From contig CAJQSJ010000008.1 in the NCBI GenBank assembly GCA_905612535.1, positions 1-50,354 of the forward strand: a stretch of 50,354 bases of DNA, written 5' to 3'. Below are positions 9,227 to 18,810 of this stretch, piece by piece (positions within the stretch are counted from its first letter, which is position 1; each line of letters starts with the position of its first letter). The notes below the pieces were generated by a model. That model saw only the letters and a program-made list of their open reading frames with translations. It had not been told where the DNA came from and did not search any database. A program made the translations under genes and the position numbers. Source of the stretch: an uncultured Pelagibacteraceae bacterium (GTDB lineage: Bacteria > Pseudomonadota > Alphaproteobacteria > Pelagibacterales > Pelagibacteraceae).

Positions 9227-10114
9227 TTAAGTTAATTTAGTTTTATTCCCTTTTTTTACAATATATATTCCAATAATAACAGCTATCAAAGAAATAATGA
9301 CTTTTGGAGTAATTTCTTCATTTAAAATTAAAAAACCTAAAATCACACCAAAAATTGGTATTAAATAAGCAACTTGTGCCTGAAAAACTAAACCATTATG
9401 CACAAGAATATGAAACCTTAAAAGCCAGGCAATTCCTGTAGAAAAAACACCAAGATATATAAGTGAAAGTGTAGAATCTAACCTTGGAGTTAAGTTCCAC
9501 GGTTGTTCTAGCGCTAGAGAAATTGGTAATAGCAATATACTTCCCCAAATTAAGATTGAAGCTGTAACGTTCTCATTTTTTTTATCACCAATTTTTAAAG
9601 TTAATAGTCCACCAACAACATAACATGTTGAGCCACATAAGATTAGAATAGCTGATATAAAATTATATTCATTAATTAAAATATTATCCGAAAACAAAAA
9701 AACTATACCGGAAAAACCTACTAATATACCAAAAGTTTTTATTAAGTTAATTTTTTCACTTTTTGTAAAAAGGTGTGCTAACAAAGTTGCGCTTAATGGT
9801 GTGCTGGCCATTAAAATTGCTGCAAGATTACTTTGAACTTTTTGAACCCCAAAGGCAATTAAAAAAAAGGGAATTGCTAAGTTTACGAGACCAATTATTG
9901 CAAACCAATACCAATCTTTCGAAAAAGCCTCTATTTTAATTTTTTTAAAATAACAAAGTAATACTACTGGTATAGCGCCAAAAAATATTCTTAAAAAAGC
10001 TATTGTTACTGGACCGTAAGAATATGTGGCTATTTTAATATTAAAAAAAGCAGATGCCCAAATAAAAGATAAAAGAACTAGTAAAAAATAATCTATAGCT
10101 TTTGTTTTTCTCAT
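9227..10114 (-). CDS. EamA/DMT-family permease (10-TM drug/metabolite transporter)
   Basis: 295 aa, entirely hydrophobic, with two repeated ~140 aa halves typical of EamA domains. Confidence 0.8.
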   Translation of the reverse strand: MRKTKAIDYFLLVLLSFIWASAFFNIKIATYSYGPVTIAFLRIFFGAIPVVLLCYFKKIKIEAFSKDWYWFAIIGLVNLAIPFFLIAFGVQKVQSNLAAILMASTPLSATLLAHLFTKSEKINLIKTFGILVGFSGIVFLFSDNILINEYNFISAILILCGSTCYVVGGLLTLKIGDKKNENVTASILIWGSILLLPISLALEQPWNLTPRLDSTLSLIYLGVFSTGIAWLLRFHILVHNGLVFQAQVAYLIPIFGVILGFLILNEEITPKVIISLIAVIIGIYIVKKGNKTKLT

Positions 10115-10593
10115 TCGGTCAACTCAAATTCTGAACCATTGGTAATTTCAACTAATTGATCATAGGTAATTTTAAAAACACAATTAGGATGGCCGGCAGC
10201 CGCATACAAATTAATAAATCGACTAAGAGATTTATCAATAAAAACATTTAGTTTTTTAACGTGGGCAACTGGGGAAACTCCACCGATCGTAAATCCTGTA
10301 TACATTTTTACTTCGTCTGCATTAGCCATTAATATTTCATCTATTTTTAGAATTTTTTTTATTTTTTTAAATGAACATCTCTTATCACCAGCTACTAAGC
10401 AAATTAAAAAGTTATTACCCGCTTTAACCAATAAACTTTTAACAATAGCTCCTACATCGCATTTTAAAGCTTCTGCTGCATTTAAGGCAGTTTTAGCAGT
10501 TGTGTTTAAAACTATAATTTTTAAATCAGAGTTACGACTTGTTAAAAATTCTTTAACTCTTTTTACTGAAGCTTTGCTTAACAAATTTTCCAT
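10111..10593 (-). CDS. YbaK/EbsC-type aminoacyl-tRNA editing (trans-deacylase) domain protein
   Basis: 160 aa. KSLLVK...LVAGDKR...FTIGGVSP motif pattern of the YbaK/ProRS-associated domain. Overlaps the downstream eamA-like gene by 4 nt. Confidence 0.8.
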   Translation of the reverse strand: MENLLSKASVKRVKEFLTSRNSDLKIIVLNTTAKTALNAAEALKCDVGAIVKSLLVKAGNNFLICLVAGDKRCSFKKIKKILKIDEILMANADEVKMYTGFTIGGVSPVAHVKKLNVFIDKSLSRFINLYAAAGHPNCVFKITYDQLVEITNGSEFELTE

Positions 10594-10736
10594 TTTATTG
10601 ATTATGCGTTATGTCTTAGTTGCATATCTGTTATTTAATATATTCACTTCATTAACATATAAAATTAGATTAATGATACAACCCGAAGGTTTAAATAAAA
10701 AGATTTAGTTATTAACAAATTGTATATATAGTAATA

Positions 10737-12152
10737 ATGAAAATGAGCTCTAGCAGTAAAATATTAAAATTAATAAAAAATAAAGAAATTGAATACGTAG
10801 ATCTTCGATTTACAGATCCTAGAGGCAAGCTTCAGCATGTCACTATGGACGGAGGTATAGTTGACGAAGAGATGTTAAATGAAGGAACTTTTTTTGACGG
10901 TTCTTCTATTGCGGGATGGAAAGCTATAAACGAGTCTGATATGATTCTTAAACCTGATCTTGAAAGACAGATTATAGACCCTTTCACTTCTCACAACACG
11001 TTAATTTTGTTTTGCGATGTATTAGATGCAATAAAGAGAAATCCCTACGAAAGGGACCCTAGAAGTACAGCAAAAAAATCTGAGGAATATTTAAAAAAAA
11101 CTGGAATTGCAGATAAAGCTTTTTTTGGGCCAGAAGCGGAGTTTTTTGTTTTCGATGATGTTAAATTCAAAAATGACATGAATGAAACTGGTTTTAAAAT
11201 TGATAGTTCTGAAGGACCTTATAATACAGGTAAGGATTATGAAAATGGTAACATGGGTCATCGCCCAGGAATTAAAGGTGGATATTTTCCAGTACCTCCT
11301 GTTGATAGCGCGCAAGACATGAGGGGAGAATTTTTAAAAGCACTTAAAGACATGGGTATCAAGGTAGAAAAACACCATCACGAAGTTGCGCCAAGTCAAC
11401 ACGAGCTTGGTATGTACTTTGGACCATTAACTGATCAAGCCGATAACATGCAACTTTATAAATATGGAGTTCAAATGGTTGCACATTCTTTTGGAAAAAC
11501 AGCAACCTTTATGCCAAAGCCTATCAAGGGTGACAATGGATCGGGTATGCACGTGCATCAATCATTGTGGAAAGGAAGCTCGGCATTATTTTCTGGAGAT
11601 AAATACTCCGGGCTTTCAGATGTGGCTTTAAATTATATAGGAGGTATTCTAAAGCATGCAAAAGCTATTAATGCTTTTGCTAATAGCACCACCAATAGCT
11701 ACAAAAGATTAATCCCTGGTTTTGAAGCTCCAGTTCTTTTAGCTTATTCAGCTAGAAATAGATCTGCTTCATGTAGAATACCTATAACAATGAATAAAAA
11801 AGCAGCTAGATGTGAAATTAGATTTCCGGATGCAGCGGGGAATCCCTACTTAACTTTTGCGGCAATGTTAATGGCTGGAATAGATGGTATTAAAAATAAA
11901 ATAAATCCTGGGAAACCTGCTGACCAAGATTTATATGCTATGGCAGAAGATGAAGTAAAAAATATTCCTACTGTATGCGGTTCTTTAAGAGAAGCTATGG
12001 AAAGCCTAGATACCGACAGAAAATTCTTAACTCAAGGCAATGTTTTTACTGATGATCAAATTGATGCATACATAGCTTTAAAGTTTGAAGAAATTTACAA
12101 ACTCGAACATTCTCCGCACCCTATTGAGTTTGAGATGTATTATAGCTCTTAA
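10737..12152 (+). CDS. glnA: Glutamine synthetase type I
   Basis: 471 aa. N-terminal beta-grasp IEYVDLRFTDPRGKLQHV, FFDGSSIAGW, ATP-binding region KPIKGDNGSGMHVHQSLW, and RIPGFEAPV / SASCRIP blocks. Confidence 0.96.
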   Translation: MKMSSSSKILKLIKNKEIEYVDLRFTDPRGKLQHVTMDGGIVDEEMLNEGTFFDGSSIAGWKAINESDMILKPDLERQIIDPFTSHNTLILFCDVLDAIKRNPYERDPRSTAKKSEEYLKKTGIADKAFFGPEAEFFVFDDVKFKNDMNETGFKIDSSEGPYNTGKDYENGNMGHRPGIKGGYFPVPPVDSAQDMRGEFLKALKDMGIKVEKHHHEVAPSQHELGMYFGPLTDQADNMQLYKYGVQMVAHSFGKTATFMPKPIKGDNGSGMHVHQSLWKGSSALFSGDKYSGLSDVALNYIGGILKHAKAINAFANSTTNSYKRLIPGFEAPVLLAYSARNRSASCRIPITMNKKAARCEIRFPDAAGNPYLTFAAMLMAGIDGIKNKINPGKPADQDLYAMAEDEVKNIPTVCGSLREAMESLDTDRKFLTQGNVFTDDQIDAYIALKFEEIYKLEHSPHPIEFEMYYSS

Positions 12153-12222
12153 TCCTTAGCATAATTTTATTTTAAAAAATTTAGTTATTACTTAATGTAA
12201 GAAAATATGCAAAATGTAGATT

Positions 12223-13635
12223 ATGATAGATTTTTTTAAAAATTTAGACTTAACAAGAAGGCAGGCTGAAAAAATTATTGATGACACTTTGTTGAATAAA
12301 GATGATGGAGAGCTGTATCTTCAAGATTCAATCAATGAAAATGTTACTTTAGACGACGGTAAAATAAAAAATACAAATTTTTCAAAAACACATGGAATGG
12401 GATTGCGTGGCGTATGTGAAGATGTAACAGCATATAGTCACACTAATTCGATAGATAAAGTCTCATTGATTAACGCATCTAAAAATATTAATTCAACATT
12501 AAATAGTTTTAAAAACTATAAACATAATAATTTTGTAAAAAAAACTAATGAAAAATTATACTCCGCACATAACCCAATAGAAGAAAAATCACTCAAAGAA
12601 AAAATAAATCTATTAAATGATGTTGATAAATATGTAAGATCAAAAAGCAATTTGGTGAAGCAGGTTACTGCAAGCATATCATGTGAAAAAAAAATAATAG
12701 AGATTATAAAAACAGATGGCTTAAGTTTAACTGATGACCAACCTTTAATTTCTTTTAGGGTTTCTTTGATGATGAAAAAAGGTTCTAAAAATACTCAGGG
12801 TTCATATGCATCTGGTGGTCGTATGAATTTTGATAGTTATATCAATGAAAATAATTGGAAACAAGTTTGTGATGAAGCCTTTCGTCAAGCAGAGATGAAT
12901 CAAGAAGCAAGAAAAGCACCTGCAGGTGAAATGGATGTTGTTTTAAATAATGGCTGGTCCGGGGTTCTTTTACATGAAGCATTAGGGCATACACTTGAAG
13001 GTGATTTTTTATATAAAAAAACATCTGTTTTTCATGATCAGATTGGAAATAAAATTGGCAATGAAAATATTACTGTTGTTGATGAAGGTAACATACCCGG
13101 TCGAAGGGGTTCGTTAAATATGGATGATGAAGGTGAAAAAACACAAAGAAACGTTCTAATTGAAAATGGGAAATTAATTAAATTTATGCATGATCGTTTA
13201 AGTGCAAAACTTACTGATAACGAAGTTACTGGAAATGGAAGAAGAGAAAATTATATGTTTGCTCCTATGCCTAGAATGACAAACACTTTTATGATGAACG
13301 GAACTAACTCAAGAGAAGAAATGATTAAATCTGTCAAAGAAGGAATATATGTTGACGCTTTAGGCGGCGGAAGCGTTGATATAGTAAGTGGACAATTTAA
13401 TTTTGCTGTTAACAACGCTTGGTTAATAAAAAATGGAAAACTTATAATGCCGGTTGAAGGTGCTACTTTAATTGGCTCAGGACCAGAGGTGATAAAAAAA
13501 ATTAAAATGATTGGAAATGACTTAAAACTTGATAATGGGTTTGGTACTTGCGGAAAATCAGGGCAGATGGTTCCAGTTGGTTTAGGCATACCGTCTTGCA
13601 AAGTTACAATGACGGTTGGTGGCTCGAAAATTTAA
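12223..13635 (+). CDS. tldD: Metalloprotease TldD
   Basis: 470 aa. HEALGH zinc motif (LLHEALGHTLEGDF), conserved C-terminal GxC (FGTCGKSGQ). Paired with pmbA immediately downstream. Confidence 0.93.
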   Translation: MIDFFKNLDLTRRQAEKIIDDTLLNKDDGELYLQDSINENVTLDDGKIKNTNFSKTHGMGLRGVCEDVTAYSHTNSIDKVSLINASKNINSTLNSFKNYKHNNFVKKTNEKLYSAHNPIEEKSLKEKINLLNDVDKYVRSKSNLVKQVTASISCEKKIIEIIKTDGLSLTDDQPLISFRVSLMMKKGSKNTQGSYASGGRMNFDSYINENNWKQVCDEAFRQAEMNQEARKAPAGEMDVVLNNGWSGVLLHEALGHTLEGDFLYKKTSVFHDQIGNKIGNENITVVDEGNIPGRRGSLNMDDEGEKTQRNVLIENGKLIKFMHDRLSAKLTDNEVTGNGRRENYMFAPMPRMTNTFMMNGTNSREEMIKSVKEGIYVDALGGGSVDIVSGQFNFAVNNAWLIKNGKLIMPVEGATLIGSGPEVIKKIKMIGNDLKLDNGFGTCGKSGQMVPVGLGIPSCKVTMTVGGSKI

Positions 13636-13645
13636 ATAAATTTTT

Positions 13646-14968
13646 ATGATAAGAGAAACAAAAGATTTAGAAAATCTAGCCGATTACTGTATTAAAAAGG
13701 CAACTGCTTATGGATCAACAGGCTGTGAAGTTTATGTTGGAAGTAATGTTTCTGAAACAGTTAACTTTAGAAGTCAAAAAATAGAAAATTCAGATCGAAG
13801 TGATGTTTTAATAATTAACATAACAACTTATATAGGAAACAAAAAGTCAAGTTTGTCACTTACATATATTGATAAAAATAATACTGACAAAATGATTGAA
13901 AAGTGTGTTGATGTAACAAAATTACTACCAGAGGATAAATATAACGTGCTGCCTGATAAAAATTTGTTGGCTAAGAATACTCGTGATCTACTACAATTTG
14001 ATGACACAGAAATTAATAATCAAAAAAAAATAGAATATCTAAAACATGCAGAGGATTCAGCCTTAAATAATAAATTTATTATTAAAACGAATGGCTCTTC
14101 TTTTACGCAAGCAAAAAATAATTTTATAATAGCTAATTCGCTAGGATTTTCATCTGGGTTTAAAAAGTCAGAATTTTCTAGCTACACTGACTTGGTGGCT
14201 AAGAAAAATGATTCTGGAATGGAAAGAGATTACGATCATGATGCTAAAACACATTTTAAAGATTTAATTAATCCTGAAGAACTCGGTAATAGAGCGGCAA
14301 AACTTACAATCAGAAAATTAAATCCTAAAAAGATAAAAACTCAATCTATACCAATAATTTTTGAAAAAAGAATATCAAAAAATATATTAAGTATTTTATC
14401 ATCTTCTATATCTGGATCAAGTTTTGCTAGAGGAACTTCCTTTTTAAAAGATGAAATGAATAAAGAAATCTTTCCTAAAAACATAAATATAATTGATGAC
14501 CCATTAATAGAGAGAAGCTTATACTCTTCGTCTTTTGATACTGAAGGAGTAAAATCTGAAAAAATAAGTTTAGTAAAAGATGGGGTATTAAATAATATAG
14601 TTTTAAATACTTATTATTCTAAGATGTTAAATATAAATTCCAATGGAAGAGCAAGTGGATTAACTAACACTTATTTTGAGTCAGGGACAATTTCTTATAA
14701 TGATTTATTCAAAGATTATGAAAATTTAATACTAATAACTGATATAATGGGTTCATTTGGTAACCCTATAACTGGAGATTTCTCTTGCGGCGCTACAGGA
14801 ATTTATTTTGAAAATAATGAAAATTATCCTATAAATAATTTTACTTTAGCTGGAAAAGTTCAAGACATTTTTAAAAATATTGTTTTGGCCAATGATTTAG
14901 AATTTAAATATGCAAAAAATTGCCCTAGCGCACTTATTAAAGAAGGTTTGGTAGTTGGAGGAGTTTAA
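13646..14968 (+). CDS. pmbA: Metalloprotease partner PmbA/TldE
   Basis: 440 aa. TldD/PmbA-family fold pattern without the HExxxH motif, C-terminal GDFSCGATG block. Located 10 nt after tldD. Confidence 0.88.
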   Translation: MIRETKDLENLADYCIKKATAYGSTGCEVYVGSNVSETVNFRSQKIENSDRSDVLIINITTYIGNKKSSLSLTYIDKNNTDKMIEKCVDVTKLLPEDKYNVLPDKNLLAKNTRDLLQFDDTEINNQKKIEYLKHAEDSALNNKFIIKTNGSSFTQAKNNFIIANSLGFSSGFKKSEFSSYTDLVAKKNDSGMERDYDHDAKTHFKDLINPEELGNRAAKLTIRKLNPKKIKTQSIPIIFEKRISKNILSILSSSISGSSFARGTSFLKDEMNKEIFPKNINIIDDPLIERSLYSSSFDTEGVKSEKISLVKDGVLNNIVLNTYYSKMLNINSNGRASGLTNTYFESGTISYNDLFKDYENLILITDIMGSFGNPITGDFSCGATGIYFENNENYPINNFTLAGKVQDIFKNIVLANDLEFKYAKNCPSALIKEGLVVGGV

Positions 14969-14970
14969 AA

Positions 14971-15177
14971 TTACTTTTTACTTTTTAATATCTTTTGATC
15001 AGCAATTTTATTTTTATTTACACCCTCTTTAATAGTATAATCTAAAGTACCATTCGCACCTGCTTCAACTGCTTTTCTTTGATTTCTGAATAATGATTTT
15101 TCTTTAGCATTTTCAGCAACTTGATTTGCATGTTTTTGCAAATGTTTAGTGTCTCTCATTAATGAGATTATATACAA
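14971..15177 (-). CDS. Small Lys-rich hypothetical protein (62-68 aa; true start may be the second Met, MRDTKHL)
   Basis: The ORF fills the entire gap between sufA and the convergent pmbA, starting 2 nt after the pmbA stop. No recognisable motif. A TATAAT hexamer overlaps the first listed codons, so the ATG AGA GAC start is an alternative. Confidence 0.35.
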   Translation of the reverse strand: MYIISLMRDTKHLQKHANQVAENAKEKSLFRNQRKAVEAGANGTLDYTIKEGVNKNKIADQKILKSKK

Positions 15178-15201
15178 TTATTAATTGTACACAATGTAGA
15201 T

Positions 15202-15537
15202 TTATACTTTGAATGACTCGCCGCAACCACAACGCTCTGTTTCATTGGGGTTTTTAAAGATAAATGTAGATGAAAATTCTTCTTTTTTATAGTCCATTTC
15301 TGTACCCAGTAAATACATAATAGCTTTGGGATCAATTAAGACTTTTACTCCTTTGTCTTCAATGACTTCATCATTAGGATTTGTTTCTTTTGCATATTCC
15401 ATAACATATGACATGCCGGCACATCCTCCTGCAGCAACTCCAACTCTTACCCCAACTATGGGTTCTTTTGAGTTAGACATGATTTCTTTTACTCGCTCTG
15501 CCGCTTTGTCGCTTAATGTAATCACTTGTTTGTTCAT
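15202..15537 (-). CDS. sufA: A-type Fe-S cluster carrier (SufA/IscA/ErpA, HesB family)
   Basis: 111 aa. GGCAGMSY and C-terminal CGCGESF cysteine ligands. Last gene of the suf operon. Confidence 0.85.
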   Translation of the reverse strand: MNKQVITLSDKAAERVKEIMSNSKEPIVGVRVGVAAGGCAGMSYVMEYAKETNPNDEVIEDKGVKVLIDPKAIMYLLGTEMDYKKEEFSSTFIFKNPNETERCGCGESFKV

Positions 15538-15836
15538 AAATTTAATTCTAATTTTGCCGCTTCTGACATTTTATCTTTGTCCCAAGGAGGATCCCATACT
15601 AATTTAAGATCAACATCAGAAACGCCTTCAACATTCATTGTATTATCTTTAACGTCTTTTGGCAAACTTTCAGCTACTGGACAATTGGGAGAAGTTAGTG
15701 TCATTTCAATATAAACCTTGTTATTTTTATCAACTTCTACTTTATAAATTAACCCTAATTCATATATGTTAACAGGTATTTCTGGATCAAAGATCTTTTT
15801 TATTTCTTCTATTACGTTTTTTTTTAAGTCAATCAT
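15534..15836 (-). CDS. sufT: SUF-associated DUF59 protein (SufT/PaaD-like)
   Basis: 100 aa. DPEIPVNIYELGLIY and TLTSPNCP motif typical of DUF59. Overlaps its neighbours by 1 and 4 nt. Confidence 0.75.
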   Translation of the reverse strand: MIDLKKNVIEEIKKIFDPEIPVNIYELGLIYKVEVDKNNKVYIEMTLTSPNCPVAESLPKDVKDNTMNVEGVSDVDLKLVWDPPWDKDKMSEAAKLELNL

Positions 15837-16306
15837 TAATCAACAACCTCAGTATTAACATCATCAATTTTTTTATCCATAGCAGAAACTAAAGTATGCC
15901 AAGATAGAGTAGCGCATTTTACTCTCATTGGATACTGTTTAACTCCTGATAACGACATAATTTTTATTTTCTGATCTTCGTTTAAATCTTTTGTCGCAAT
16001 TTTAGATCCAGTTTTAATCATGCTCAAAAATTCAGCAACTATTTTTTTAGCTGTTTGGAAAGATTTGCCTTTAACAAGCTCAGTCATAATTGAAGTTGAG
16101 GCAATTGAGATTGCACAGCCAGAACCTTCAAAAGTTAATTCTTCAACCATTTTCTTTTGATTTAATTTAAGATAAACATGAACTTGATCGCCACATAGTG
16201 GATTATGGCCTATTGCATTATGATTGTACCCCAAACACTTTCCATAATTACGTGGGCTTTTACCATGTTCTAAAATTATATCTTGATACAATTCTTTAAG
16301 ATCCAT
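15836..16306 (-). CDS. sufU: SUF-system NifU/IscU-like sulfur acceptor/scaffold (SufU-type)
   Basis: 156 aa. NPLCGD, GSGCAISIAS and C-terminal VKCATL cysteines in IscU/SufU spacing. Directly downstream of sufS. Confidence 0.72.
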   Translation of the reverse strand: MDLKELYQDIILEHGKSPRNYGKCLGYNHNAIGHNPLCGDQVHVYLKLNQKKMVEELTFEGSGCAISIASTSIMTELVKGKSFQTAKKIVAEFLSMIKTGSKIATKDLNEDQKIKIMSLSGVKQYPMRVKCATLSWHTLVSAMDKKIDDVNTEVVD

Positions 16307-17526
16307 TATTTTAAATTAAAAACCTTTCTACAATTTTCAATTGCTTTACACAGAATATCAACATCTTCTTTGGTGTTATAAATTCCAAATGAAACCCTAG
16401 CGGTTGCATTAAGTTTTAATTTTTCATGCAAAATTTGACAACAATGATGTCCGGCCCTAATAGCTACAGCATCTTCATCTAAAATTGTTGCAATGTCGTG
16501 AGGATGAACTCCTTTAATTGTAAATGAAATTACGCCAGCCTTATTTTTTGGGTTGCCTACAATACAAACAGAATTAATAGTTTTAAGTTTTTCTAAAGCA
16601 TAGTTTGTTAATTCACGTTCATGGCTAACCAAGTTCTCTATTCCAACTGACTCCATAAATTTAATTGATTCGTTGAACGCAATTACTTCTGCGGTGGGCA
16701 TTGTTCCTGCTTCGTATTTTTCAGGAAGTTGAGCGTAGGTAATTTTATCTTTCTTAACTTCACTAATCATACCTCCGCCACCCATATATGGAGGTAATTG
16801 TTCTAGCCATTTTTTTTTTGCGTATAAAATTCCCACACCAGTCGGCCCATAAACTTTATGTCCTGAAATTGCATAAAAATCACAGTCTAAATCTTTTACA
16901 TCAATTTTTAAATGAGGGGCGCTTTGACATCCATCAACTAAAACAGGAATATTTTTTTTATGAGCTATATCAATAATTTCTTTAACCGGAACTATTGTGC
17001 CCGTCACATTTGATAAGTGTGTAACTGCTATAATTTTAGTTTTAGAATTTATTAACTTTTCTAACTCACTAATTACAATATCTCCATCATCATTAATTGG
17101 TGCAAATTTAATTACTGCACCTTTGTTTTCTCTAAGATAATGCCATGGGACATAATTTGAATGATGCTCTAATTCGGTTATTAAAATCTCATCACCTGTT
17201 TTGATATTTTGTTGACCAAAAGTTGAGGCAACTAAATTAATTGATTCTGTAGCATTTTTAGTAAAAATAATTTCTTCTTTTGAGTTGGCGTTTATAAATT
17301 TTTTAACACTCATTCTAGTTTCGTCAAATTTATTTGTAGCATTTACAGATAATGAATGGATGCTTCTTCCTATGTTAGAAAACTCATTTTTATAAAAACT
17401 ATCCAGTCTATTGATTACACTTGCTGGTTTTTGGGATGAATTGCTGCTATCTAAGTACACTAATTGCTTTCCATTGATTTTTTTAGAAAAAATAGGAAAC
17501 TGTGATTTTATATTTTCTATATTCAT
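16306..17526 (-). CDS. sufS: Cysteine desulfurase SufS (class V aminotransferase, group II)
   Basis: 406 aa. PLP-lysine context ISGHKVYGPTG, active-site Cys in RAGHHCCQ. Confidence 0.95.
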   Translation of the reverse strand: MNIENIKSQFPIFSKKINGKQLVYLDSSNSSQKPASVINRLDSFYKNEFSNIGRSIHSLSVNATNKFDETRMSVKKFINANSKEEIIFTKNATESINLVASTFGQQNIKTGDEILITELEHHSNYVPWHYLRENKGAVIKFAPINDDGDIVISELEKLINSKTKIIAVTHLSNVTGTIVPVKEIIDIAHKKNIPVLVDGCQSAPHLKIDVKDLDCDFYAISGHKVYGPTGVGILYAKKKWLEQLPPYMGGGGMISEVKKDKITYAQLPEKYEAGTMPTAEVIAFNESIKFMESVGIENLVSHERELTNYALEKLKTINSVCIVGNPKNKAGVISFTIKGVHPHDIATILDEDAVAIRAGHHCCQILHEKLKLNATARVSFGIYNTKEDVDILCKAIENCRKVFNLK

Positions 17527-18810
17527 TTATACATTTACCTTATTAATTCTTTCATTAAATAAACTTGAAATTAATATTTTAACGTTAGGATCTGTAATTG
17601 TTTCGATAACTTCGTTTAAAAAACCTTCAACTATCATTTTATTAGCTTGGTCTTTTGTTAAGCCTCTAGACATTAAATAAAATATAGAATTTTCATCAAT
17701 ATTGCCTGTGGTTGAGCCATGAGAACATTTTACATCATCTGCATAAATTTCTAATTCTGGTTTGGAATTGAATGCAGAATTTTCTGATAAGATTAAAGCT
17801 TTACTAAGCTGATATCCATTTGTTTTCTGGGCTTTTTTATCAACATAAATTTTACCTTGGTAAGTGCCATTGCTTTTATCTAATAAAACGCTTTTTATTA
17901 ATTGAGAACTTTTACAATTTTCATACTTATGATTTACATTTGTTTTTAGTTCATGGTGCTGACTCCCATCTAAGAGCATAATTCCATTTATAAAGCATGA
18001 ACTATAATTTTCTAATAAATTACAATGAATTTCATTTTTTATCAGATTGGGTCCTAAAGATAGTAAAAAATTTTCAAAAACACTATTTGAATAACTTTTA
18101 ATTTTAACTGAGTTGTAATTGTAGGAATTATCTAAACTATCATTAATATTATACTTTTTAAGTGTAGCATTTTTTTTAATAGTATAGTTATGGATCGTAT
18201 TATTAAAGTACTTAATATTATTTTCACATCTATAAAAATCGATCATACATAAATTAGATTTGTCACCAAGTGAAATAAAAATTTTGTTATTAATAATTTT
18301 GTTTTCTGCCGTTTTATCAAAAAAATTATAAACTACTAACGGCTTATTAAATGAATAATTGTTTTCTATATCTAAAACCACCCCATCGTTTGTTAGGGCG
18401 TGATTTAATGAAAGCATAGAGTTTTGGTCGTCATCAAAATACTCTTTAATTTTATTAAAATCATTTTTATTTTCTAATATAGATTTTAGAGATTTAATTA
18501 TTATTTTTTTTTCATCTTCATAAATAAAACTTGATTCAATAAAACTGCCATTTAGTAAAATTATTTTATTGTGTTCAAAATTTTTTATAATTAATTTGTT
18601 ATTATAGACTAAATTTTTACTACCATTAAAAATTTGAAGATTTTGAAAATTGTTAGTAATTATATTTTTTAGATCTGTATATTTCCAATGCTCTTGTTTC
18701 TTTGTAGGAAAACCTTGAATTTCAAACTTTTTAAAACTTTTTATCCTAATATTATCAAGCTCTTTTAAACCAAGATTTGATTTTTGAAATTCTTCAAATT
18801 TTAAATTCAT
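17527..18810 (-). CDS. sufD: Fe-S cluster assembly protein SufD
   Basis: 427 aa. C-terminal beta-helix region homologous to SufB (ELEIYADDVKCSHGSTTG, FYLMSRGL). Lies between sufC and sufS. Confidence 0.88.
   Translation of the reverse strand: MNLKFEEFQKSNLGLKELDNIRIKSFKKFEIQGFPTKKQEHWKYTDLKNIITNNFQNLQIFNGSKNLVYNNKLIIKNFEHNKIILLNGSFIESSFIYEDEKKIIIKSLKSILENKNDFNKIKEYFDDDQNSMLSLNHALTNDGVVLDIENNYSFNKPLVVYNFFDKTAENKIINNKIFISLGDKSNLCMIDFYRCENNIKYFNNTIHNYTIKKNATLKKYNINDSLDNSYNYNSVKIKSYSNSVFENFLLSLGPNLIKNEIHCNLLENYSSCFINGIMLLDGSQHHELKTNVNHKYENCKSSQLIKSVLLDKSNGTYQGKIYVDKKAQKTNGYQLSKALILSENSAFNSKPELEIYADDVKCSHGSTTGNIDENSIFYLMSRGLTKDQANKMIVEGFLNEVIETITDPNVKILISSLFNERINKVNV

Noticed and set aside
10600-10630. 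Possible sigma-54 (-24 GG / -12 TTGC) promoter upstream of glnA, suggested by TTGCA at 10620-10624.
   Set aside because: The position where TGGCAC should sit reads TTATGT, so there is no GG at -24. As far as I recall, SAR11 genomes also lack rpoN and ntrC. A TTGCA pentamer alone is meaningless in this composition.
10594-10736. Glutamine (glnA-motif) riboswitch in the glnA leader.
   Set aside because: I could not find the conserved CGUUC...GGAAGUAGG...GAACG core or a compatible three-stem arrangement. Only a 4-bp mini-hairpin is present.
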